Source: Lytechinus pictus
Taxonomy: Eukaryota
DNA: 64,000 nucleotides
Direction of reading: 5' to 3'
NCBI RefSeq assembly: GCF_037042905.1
Contig: NC_087245.1
Coordinates: 2,234,001-2,298,000, forward strand
Made by a program: the position numbers and the translations under genes. The notes beneath the pieces were generated by a model, which saw nothing but the letters and a program-made list of their open reading frames with translations, was not told where the DNA came from and did not search any database. This document shows, in pieces, positions 25,001 to 37,000 of this stretch; within the stretch, counting starts at the first letter, position 1; the number at the start of each line of letters is the position of its first letter.

Positions 25001-28000
25001 AACTAACTTGAAGTAGATATTGCTTGTTATAACAGCTGTTCCATACATTGTTCACACCGTTCCTCTATCTATATAGTTAGATGTTTAAATCCACAACCCT
25101 TATACCCTAGATTATTTATTAAACCACTTTATTTCAAACTCTCTTTATAGATATATTTTCTTATACAATGTTTATACAACATTTTTTTTTTGTCATTTGC
25201 AGATTGAGTGTATGCTTATTAATACTCCTTGTGGTGATGATTACTTCTATGATCGCATCTCTCATTCAGAGAAATCAGATCCTCTTGCTGGGTCAGTGGT
25301 AAGTACATCATCTTTATGCAGATAAAACATCTATTCTCTCAGATATTTATATAATTTTCTCAGTATGTTGTAAATTAACTCTGTAAATGTTATATCCAGT
25401 ATTGAGACTTGTCTTGAAATATATCATCAATCTAATATTTTAAAGCTAATTTTCAACTCTTCGTTTTACGCATCAACATAATGCACAATAGTTGCAAACT
25501 TTAGGAAGTTTGAGAGCTCAGCATAGAATTGAAATTTGAGCCAGAAATAACAAATTTTAGAAGAATATAATTAGGGGAAGGCGGGGTAAGTTGAGCATAG
25601 GGGCAAGTTGAGCCACCACCCCCAGGCCAATAATGAATGAGTCGGACATTGTGGTGGTGTCATGTATTGATGACCCATTACATAACCCTTAACCCCACCA
25701 CATTGTTTTCAACTTTGAAACAAAAAGTACTTTTATAGAGGGAAAAATACAAATTTCGGCCAAAGAAGTAAAAATATGATGTGATATAGAAAAGTGCTTT
25801 TTACCCACACACGTCTTTAAATATAACAAAGAAAAAAGAACAATATTGTTAGTCCAGGTATGGATTCTCATTCTTGTCATAGTCTTTTACATGATGGATG
25901 CATAAGAAATGTGTGGATGTGAAAATATCGCATTAAGTTCGGACTGGGGTAATGTGTGCCAGCCAACATGGGGCAAGTTGTGCCATGGTAATTCTTATGG
26001 TAATGTATAATAAAAAATTAAAAAAACCTTAAAAGCCATTGATATGGAGGCAGAACAGAGCAAATTCACATGACAGTTCTTTTACTTTTAGAGGATGTTA
26101 GCATTTATAGAGAATTAGCAAGTGAAAAGTCTTTAAATAAAACGTTGACATGCCGGTTCTTCCTGCATACATTTTGTACATAGTTTTTGTGGCTCAACTT
26201 ACCCCAGAAGGTAGCACAACTTACCCCACAGATGGGGCAAGTTGAGCCATTTGACAACGTTTTTTTCAAAGGTCACAATGACTTTCAGTGTGGGAGTAGA
26301 AAGTTATATATAGATGAAAAATATTTCCCAAGAATCAAATTTAAAGGCAAGGTACTTAATACTACAATATTATTATTCATATCAATTCTAACATGCAAAA
26401 AGTGTCACAACTTACACCGCCTTCCCTACAGTTTGTTTCTAGACAATTGATTTCAGAATGGAATTCTGTGTTTCTTTGATTTATTTATGAATAATAATTT
26501 GTATGGATATTGATGTGACTAATGACCTTTGACCTCAACAGATATGTCAGCAATGTGACCCTATGTGTATTGGATGTGATGGGGCAGGACCTCGACGATG
26601 TAAGCAGTGTAAACTATTCCAACAAGATGATGAATGCGTAGATGAGTGTCGGACTGGCTTCTATCCGGATGTGGATGATGTGAGTGGAAGATTTTGCCTC
26701 TTATTTGCATTGATACAGATTGGCAGTTATCAGTGCATCGTTTGGTATAGGAAATTGTGTTTTATAAGGATATACCTGAGCTTGTGAAATGTCAAATAGT
26801 AAATTTTTTTTTTAATTTAAAATATTAAATATTTCCAATGGTGGTTACCGATATAACAAGATATCTTTCTCTCCACCATGCCCTATATTCATTAAACCTG
26901 AATAAGTTTAGTTATCATCTACTTTACAGTGGCCACATTATACAATTAGGAGATTACTAGACTTATCAAGGAAAATCGGCCCTGGGAAATAAACTAGACA
27001 TTACATGACAATGCATATACAAATGAATATAAATAGTTGCTCAAATTCACTGCCTTTCTCACTCTTATTACCATTTTCTATTGTTTTTTTTCACTTTGGA
27101 GGAGAAAAGGTCACCAAATTTCAATATGTCTGAAGTTTATTATCTTTTTTAGGTTTACCCAGTAACTAATAAGGCCAAATGAAATGAAATTATCCTTGTT
27201 TTTATCTTTCCTCTAGATTTGTCAGCCCTGTCATTCACAGTGCAGGAATTGCTTCAATGGTACAGAATATGATTGTCTTCAATGTGAATCATATACAATT
27301 AGGACTAGTTTCAACACTGTAAGTCATCCACAACTTCTTCATTCTCCATTATGATAATTCGCCATATTTTGATTTTTTTTTTCTCCCAAACTTTTCAATT
27401 TTTTCAGAGAAAATTTTACCTCTTTGGTCAAATGAACTTGTTCTGTGCATGAAGGATTACACCATCACATGTAAAGTGATAATGTTGTGATGTGAATTTG
27501 CCAGTTAAGAAATTTATATAACATTTCTTAAAAGAACATGGTTCTGGAACTCTAACTTATATCTCAAAAAGTTGTAATAGTTCTTCAAACTATTCATTAT
27601 CATGCTGCATATCTTCAGATACACTTCATGATATTAAAGGAATAAAGTCTAGCAATCGTATGACACATTTGGAAAGGTGATCATTTAGATTAGCCATTCC
27701 CAAAAGTTATTATTAACATGTTGTGGTGATATATGTGCAGTAAATTGGTACCTAGCATTGTTTGAAAATGGTTTTGCACCAGGATTACAGCCAGATTAAT
27801 CTCAGAAATAATGACAATCAGTGCCTTAAGCACTCTGTAGAATAGATATGAGCACTCATTCATAGGTTCTTCATATTTATTTTATTCAGAAACATAATAA
27901 TATGCTTTTTGTCAAGGTACACAATGTATTCTTTCATGGGCATATGTTGGTCCTGAAAAGGACCACCCAAACTTGATGTTTTGACAAGCATGTTCTTGTC

Positions 28001-31000
28001 GTCTCCCGAAGATGATGGAAACCTTCAGAAGTTACAGATTTTTTTTTTCATTTTGAATATCAAGCACTTTCCTTTCCTCACCCATAAATTATTCTGTTCT
28101 GAACAAAATAAAAGACACCTCTGTCTCTCAAAAGAGGATTCTTAGAGCAATATATAATTAAAAGTTCTTATTGACTTTTGTGTGAACCTCACCAGTTCTT
28201 TTGTGCACCCTCCTGTACACCGGAATACCCCAATGAGCTCAGTCCATACGTCTGCGGCAAGGACTGCCCTTCTATGCAATTCCCCAATGCTAAGTCAAAG
28301 TGTGAAGCCTGCCACAGTGAATGCAAAGGTGGTTGCCAGAATGGCACACGAAGTGGATGCTTTGAATGCAGGAATGTTGTAGTGAATAAGGAATGTCGGG
28401 CAGAGTGTCCTGATGCTTATGAGAACGTCAATGGAACATGTCTTTACCTTCACGGGACAGACCAGACTGCACAGCCAAACCCAGGGTGAGTACCAATACT
28501 ACTTTACTCCGATGAAGCTAGGAAAGATGGGTGATGATGATCATAATCTGTGTGCTTAGTTCTTTTTACAAATGTAATTCATTGTGAAATGTTGATTTTG
28601 TTATTAATGAGATGTTAAAAGTTTGGAAAATCATGAATATCGCAGAAATTTATTTTGTGAAAAAATAACAGAGCACACAGATGTGATTATCTTGGACTTT
28701 CTCATCCTTTGAGGATTGATGTTTGAGAGTGGTTTAAATGTCACATAGGTATGATTTCATGTAGATTTTAAGAAATGTCCCTTTTTATTTTCTGCTTTTT
28801 CTTTTTTCATAGAATTACTTTGTTTACAAGTTATGTTCGTAGCATAGCAAGGTATTATATTTTCTACTATATAGAGACTTATAACATCAAACTCTCAATA
28901 TATTCACTTATTTCTTCTTGTTTTGACATAGGTTTGAATTAAACAACTTTTGTTTGTTTTGTTTGTTTTTCATGTCTACCCATCTGTCTGTCTTGAACCT
29001 GCTGTCATCCTGTTCCCATGACAACCAAATCCTACTTCCTGTGCTTCATCTCCTCACACTCCTCTTCTTGTTAATTGTCTTTTCTCAACATGTGTTGTCT
29101 CCTATGACTTGGTTGTATCTTTTCAAATTATACTTTTACTTTTGTGATTTATTCCTTCAATGTTGCTTTACTTTACTTTATTAAAAAAATTGTTATTTCA
29201 CATAACTTGACAACTTATACTTTTCAATTTTCAACTCTTTTTATCTTCTTCTGCTGAAACAATCTATAATAATCACATAATCCACTGTAATGTGTTGTAC
29301 TTGTGATACTCTCTTGTTAAATGTCTTATTCTAAATCTTCTATCTGTTTTCTGTTGGTTTCCCTATACTAACACAAGTTCTCCTCATCTTAACAGTGGAG
29401 GTTTGTCCATCGGAGTTCTTGCCGGCATCGTGATCAGTGCCCTCATCATCTTCATCATTATCGTCATGTTTATCATGTGGTTCAAACGACGTATCAAGAA
29501 TGATATGTACATAGACATCCCGCCAAACATAGTGAGTAAAAGCTTGAGTTTGAGATTACGTTCCATAAAGTATGAAGCCCTACTTGTGTAAGATTTTCCT
29601 GTAATGATTCATATCAGTTTTGTGCCCCAGACAAAAGGGTGTTCTCAAATTATCAGGGATTAATAAGTTCATGAAGGGAAGTAAGAATGAACAAAAATTA
29701 GGGTTTGGTGTACAGAAGGTTGATTATTGACTGGAATTGCAGTACTTGAAACTTCTGTGTGTGAAGTGGCAAGAAAGGCACTTATGTTTCAATTGGTAGA
29801 TTTAGGAACCAAAAATGAAAATCAACTTCTGACTATTGCTTTATTATTATTCAAGGATTTGGAATAGTGTTGACATGTAGATGAAAGAACAGATTGGCTG
29901 ATGCCTAACATGTATTTCATGTGAATATTTTGCAATTTTATTTAAAACAACATAGATAATGTAGTGACATCATTTTTTACAGGCTAGTGACCAAGATTTT
30001 CTGGCAGTGATGAATTAAAAATCAGTGTAAAATTAATGTAGGTTATTTCAAGTTAAAAAAATAGGTGAATATAACACTTTAATATCTGTTTCAAGGATAC
30101 TATTGTTTGGACAGTTATATTCCTGACATGCCTTTAAATTTGAAATTAGTGTAGTTAAAGCATATTGATTAGGAAATCATACATGTTCCAAGTACATGTA
30201 TCAGCACATTTTTGGATAGTTGGTATTTATCTTTCTATGTAAAATCTTTCCATTCTTTTTCAGGACTTAAATGATATGAAGAGCAGTGATTACACTGGAG
30301 CAGTAAGTAAAATGAAACAAATAGACATGTTCTTAATGCTGCATCTAGTACTCTTATGATCAGCGAAAATAAACCAAGAGGTTTTGAGAGAATGTTTACT
30401 TCCTATGTTTTTATTAGACAGTATACAAATAGCGAATAGGCACGAGTGCGATGGTGCGAGATTTCGCATGAGGTGAAAGAAAGATGCTCTATTCAATGAG
30501 GCGTTCAACGAGGCGTTAGCCGAGTTGAATAGAGTGTTTCTTTCTTTCACCGAATTCAAAATCTCGCACCATTGCACGAATAAGAATATTCGCTATTTGT
30601 GTTGTACAACGCCTCGGAATTTAGCGAAAATATGAAGAAAAAAACAAGAGTTTTTCCCTGCAGTAATCTATGAAAAGGGAGCAAAAAATTGAAAGCGAAA
30701 AGCAAAATCCCACAAGCGCACATGACCTTGGGCAGCATTGCACATTTAGCCAGCAGGCTTATACGCGTATTGCGCCTTCACGTTTACTGAGTGCAATGAA
30801 TTAAACAATATTGTGACGTCACCTCCTAAAGCCGTGCAACGGTACATTTTGGATGGTACGTCTTGTGTGCAACAGTACGAATGTTTGACATTCAGCCTCC
30901 CATTTGCTTGCGTATAACGAGCTAAGTAGGCGTTGTACAATAAAAATAAATACATTTAGCATCAGTACTATGTATCCCTCAAACGGGATATTCTAAAGAT

Positions 31001-34000
31001 TTTTTTCAAAATAAAAACCATCTTCAATGACTTCCGAATATCATTGACACTTAAAACATTTGACCAAATTTGTTTTTTTCTCTTTGAAAGAAAACAACTT
31101 TTCTTTCTTATTGATAATTATATGACAGGGGACACAGTGGCCTGTCACAGGTCCCGGATTAAAAAAAAACATTCAATGTACTTGTTCACTGAAATAATGC
31201 ATTGACTAAGTCCTTCGGAGATGCTGTGAAACAGTTGACCCCTTCAATACAAGCTATGAGGTTTCGTATCAGCCAGATCATTATCAATCATTATGATATC
31301 TGAGCTGACTTTCTTTCTCCTTACAGCCTCTGACACCCAGCAATGTGGAACCTAACCAGGCTCAACTGAAGATCATCAAGGACACTGAGCTCAAGCTAGG
31401 TCCAGTCCTTGGATCCGGAGCCTTTGGGACGGTCTACAAGGGTCTATGGATCCCAGAGGGTGAGAAGATCAGGATTCCTGTAGCTATCAAAGCTCTAAGG
31501 GAAGTCTCACCACATGCTGCTGAGGAATTACTTGAGGTGGGTAATGTCAACATGCTCACTATGAAGCAAACACTACATGTTATGCTTCTTTGATTTTGAA
31601 CCAAATATCAACTTTACATCCATTTTCACTTTTAGGCTGTACTCAAATGAAATATAATCAAGAGTGGATATTGAATGGCAATAGGGGGCACAGGTCTTTT
31701 CTTCACCATCTTTCGCCAACAACCAATAACATAATATGCTAAAAATGTGTTATGGAAAGCTTTTTTTGTATAAAGCTCTTGAAAGAGAACAGTAATATAA
31801 TTGTATAATATTCTACTATAAGTTGTGCACATTCAATCCTTTCCTCCTCTGAATTTGATTCAAACAATTAATTACCTTTATTCATATTTCTACATGATTC
31901 TTGTATCATAGGAAGCAAAGGTTATGGCATCTGTGGACCACCCATGTCTGCTACGTCTTCTGTGTGTCTGTATTGCACAAAACATGACATTGATCACCCA
32001 GCTTATGCCATTAGGAGCTATCTTGGACTATGTTCGCCAACACAAGGAGCAGATAGGATCTCACCATCTCCTCAATTGGAGCTTCCAGATTGCTAGGGTA
32101 AATGGACTCAAGATTATTTGTGCTGAATTGATTTTGCTCTAATTTTTACCAACCTGGGACCCATTGCATAAAACTTTTGCCATAAAAAAACTGTGGCAAA
32201 AAAATTGCCAGAGTTTTTCATGGGAAAATTGTTATGCAACGGGCCCCAGATGAAACCTGGGATATGTTATAATATTTGTATGACTAGATCTCGCGTCCTA
32301 GTTGTACTTTTGGAAATGTGGTGTGTTTTCATTTTTACTGCAGCAACAAACAATGGAATATATGACCCAAACATTGAAAATCCCTTTACAGCTATGGATG
32401 AATAAAGGTTGCTACCGTAACATTGGAATGGATGTGACTGGCTGTCATTAAATTGTAGGAAACAGCTAGATTTCTAAGAAAAGTTGTATTCAATTTTGCC
32501 TATCACTACCAACCATAAATAGAATCAACACCCATCATAGCCAGTTATTACAAGACAGATAAAAAGGAATGATTTGTGCCAATTTTGATACAAGTCAAAC
32601 AGTTTTGGTCTCTATCTCACTGACATTGCAAGTCCAACACAAACCTACATACATCAAAAGGAAATTTTTTAAAAGAAAGTTTAATAAAGAGTAATTCTTG
32701 TAAAACCAACCAGTCCATTTGACACGCATGTAAGTCTGTATCCCACTGCTGCCACCAATAAATCCAACTATCCAATGAATTCCGTACTAGGAACAAGATT
32801 TGGGTCAGATTACACAACATTTAATGGTACCTTTTGTAGTACCAGTGAATTAATATAACATAGGGTTTCATCCCACCACTGCCACCAATAATCTAAATTC
32901 CACACCTATGACCACATTAGGAATAACATTTTGGTCAGATTACACATCATTGACTGGTACCTCTTGTAGAAATTGAAAAGGTTTTATTAAAATTATTGCA
33001 CTTTGCAGCCAAAAGGCTGAATTGCGTACAATTTACAGGTATATATACATAGAGTGTACAGATTTAAAAACATCAAACTTGAAATGATGACGAAAATATA
33101 ATGCAAATTAATATATTATGTATACTAAAAGGAAAAGATGAAGTAAAAAAAATACAAACACTGAAAGGTGGTGGTGGTGGAAGGATGTTTATTGATAAAC
33201 ATCTTAATTCAAACAATAAAAACTTAGTTTTAAGCAGGAACAAAAACGAAAGACAGGAGGGTGTCTGGGGACGAGCGAGCAGTCAAGTTCAATGCACAGC
33301 TCCAGCCAAGGATTGCTAATCCCACCACAACACCATTCAACCTGAGCAATGGAATTGGTTATTCAAATCATTGCTCAGGTGGAACTTTGTGTAGGGTCAG
33401 CTAACTTCACCGGAGCTATGCATTAATAGGGCCAACAAACAATCACTTTCAAAACAAAACACACTCACATTCATACCACGCTCATTCATCCAACAACCAT
33501 AAAGACACTAAGTCAAACAACTGAACTCACCCACCCAGCAGTCACCCCTCGCACCTTGCACTCATTAAGCATACGGATGAAAAAATAGTATGCGGCGGGG
33601 GGGGGGGGATGATGTGGGGTGAGTGATCGCTCGACCCAAGAATCTGTCCTGCTCAAACCTGAAAACATTTACTTAAAATATAAAGGATGACGTAGTTTGT
33701 AAGATGATATAAATGTCTTCCACCACATACAGAAATTTTGATAAAAATGAGTGAAATATTGGTATAAAAATAAAAACATCGTTACCTTTTAGTTGTTACA
33801 ATGTGAAATACATGCATTAAAAGCATTACAAAAACACATGTAAACCTATTCAATTATGTTTGAGTTTAAAAAGTTCTAAAAATGGTAAAATTGTAAAATT
33901 TTCATAACAAGCTTATGAACTAATAATAATAATAATAAACAAATTGGTATCAGGCGCGATGTATTAGCATAACACGACTTGCACAGCAGAGGTTTGTATG

Positions 34001-37000
34001 TATATCAACCGGGTAACTAAATAACTAGTCAAGATCTGAACGCCGGTAGCCGTCCCTCGGCAGAACCCCACGGCCACCCGTCCCATACGGCACGTGCACC
34101 AAACCCGCCCAATCCTCCCACCCCTCGCTCTCTGTCATAAGAGCGAAAAGGGTGGAGGGCGAGGCTCCCGTGAACGTACCACGTGGGACCGGTGACCGTG
34201 GGTCCCCCAACGCCCAGCAACCAACATTCAGATCCTGACTAAGGAACAATACAAGCCTATTTCAAATTAGCGTTAAGTAAATTTATAAAGTAAGGTAATG
34301 GACTGTTTAGAAAACGTTTGGTTTTACAATGAAACTGATGATATTTAGGTCTTCTCCTCAATGAGTAATTAACATCATTGTTGAGAGGTAGCCAACTGTT
34401 ACAAAGTGGACTGTTGGCAAGGGAAACAGCAAAGTTCATACACAATTTTTTTTGTCTTTCAGATAAAGATTGTAAAGAAAACACTTCCAAAGCATCGGTA
34501 TAATTAGTGTATTCTTCACCTAGCATAATTCTGCATGCTCTTGACTGAATACGTTCTAAACAAGAAATTTGGTTTTGTGTTAGGTTTCTGTTAAAAACTG
34601 GTACTCCAAAATCCAAACTTGGCCTAATTTAGTACCAGTGAATTGAGATAACATAGGTTTCATCCCACCGCTGCCACCAATAATCCAAATCCCACACCTA
34701 CGACCACATTTGGAACAACACTTGGGTCAGACTTCACATCATTGACCGGTACCTCTTGTAGAACCAGTGAATTGAGATAACATAGGGTTTCATCACTCTG
34801 CTGCCACCAATGTGGTCCAATCCATATCCATACATAAATTCCATTTGAGTCAAATTACACATCATTGACCATTGCTTACTAGTAACAAATTTGTGAGATT
34901 TCCTGGAAGGTTTTACTTGATTGTTGAGATTTTTCAGAAATAAGAACAAAACATTCATTCTTCACTTTTATCACAGGGAATGGTATACCTGGAAGAAAAA
35001 CATCTTATTCATCGTGACTTGGCTGCTAGGAATGTCCTTGTTCAGAGCCCAGCACAGGTGAAGATCACAGATTTTGGTCTGGCCAAGTTCTTGGAGGTTG
35101 ATTCCAATGAATACAAAGCACAGGGAGGCAAGGTAAGTTCAAGATAGAGATATAATGACCTATGTGATATTACACATTTTAATTTTTTGCTGTTCCAGGC
35201 CATTCTTAGTTTTGGCTGGTATATAGGCCCTCTGAATAGAAATGTAGTCCTGTTTTAATTGGAATCCCATTCACACTCTGGCTGATACCATAGTGTTTCT
35301 CAGCCAATCAGCATCAAGGAAAGTTGTCAGATCTGATAAATACAGCAAATAATAATGAAATCCTCTTCAGGGATATCATATCATCTGAATACTTACAGGT
35401 AATGATTCCAGGATGGATTCTCTTACATAATTGATTCTCAATTTTATCAAGTTTAATTTCTTAACGCATTTGAAATTCGTGCCTGCATGTGCTTTATGTG
35501 GCATCATCGGCTAGTCTTAATTGGGGTAAAAGATTCATCTGTGCATGTGTGCATTTTGTTTGGATATGTGTATAAGGATTTCTTTGTTTTCTTTATTCAG
35601 ATGCCCATCAAATGGTTAGCCTTAGAGTGCATTCAGTTCAGGAGATTCTCACACAAAAGTGATGTATGGAGTTTTGGTAAGTACTCTAGAGTGACATACC
35701 TTTTAATACATCATCATTTTCTCTCTATCAATAAGTTTATTCACAGCTGGATCAATGACCATGTCATAAAATTCTTTATTTAGTTATAAATATGTATTTC
35801 TTTTACAAAGTTTAGTATTTGATATTAACCTGGTTTCTGCATTGATGGACTTCAAAATATGATAATTTAGAAAGCTTTTATCCAATATTAACTCCTAGGC
35901 ATGTGTACCGAATTTAGTATATTGAAACTCAGATATGGGAATTCAGAAGTCATGGATTACACTTTGGGGTTTCATCATTTCAAGAGCTGTTCACAAATAA
36001 ATACTAAAACAAAGAGTTACCTTTTCTGGCTTTTCAGGGTCCTTTATGGTTCATGTGTCATACAACATATCATTGTCTTTATCTTTTGTAGGTGTAACCC
36101 TATGGGAGCTGATGACCTTTGGAGGAAAACCCTATGAGGGGGTCAAGGCCAGAGAGGTTCCTGAACTCTTAGAAAGGGGTGAGAGGTTACCCCAGCCTCC
36201 AATCTGTACCATTGACATATACATGCTGATGGTCAAATGTAAGTTATTACAATCATGAGAAAAGTAATTGTAGATTTTATTTTTATTTAGGATAGTGACA
36301 CAAGCTTTTACTTAAGGAAAAGAATTATAGAATCAACTTGTTTAGAATTTGAAAATTTATCGTTCACAAATAGAAGATTTCTTTGTAGTTTGGCATGTGT
36401 TGAAAAAATTGGTTTTTAAAGTCATATTTGTATGCGTGTTACCTGTTTATTACAGATTGCTTGAATATGTAGATACCATATGCACTCATAAATTGTACTG
36501 AAGTTATTTAAAATAAATTATATCTACCTGTATGATAGTGTTATTACCATACATCATCATTTATCATATCCCATATCTTGACTTTCTTCTGTTTTTCATC
36601 ATTGATTAGGTTGGTTGATTGATGAAGATAGTAGACCTACATTCAAACAGCTGCAAGAAGAACTAGAGAGAATGACCAAAGATCCTCAGAGATACCTTGT
36701 CATCCAGGTGAGGATATTTAAACCTTTTCTAAGTTGGTCAAGACTAGATGAACAAGTTTTGGGATATACCACATAGGCATATATAATTTGATATCTTTTG
36801 GTAAAAGTTTGGAAAAAGAATTGTTTTAGATATCTTAATGTCCTATCTTGATGTTTCGATCAACATATTCTGCTCCTTGTCAGGTGTAAAAACTTGATGA
36901 AATTGGAGATACACTGGAGTGAATTTTATTCTACCAGCTTTCTGATTGTTCTTCCATATCATTCTAATTCTACCTATCATCTTAAAGGAGAATGAAACTC

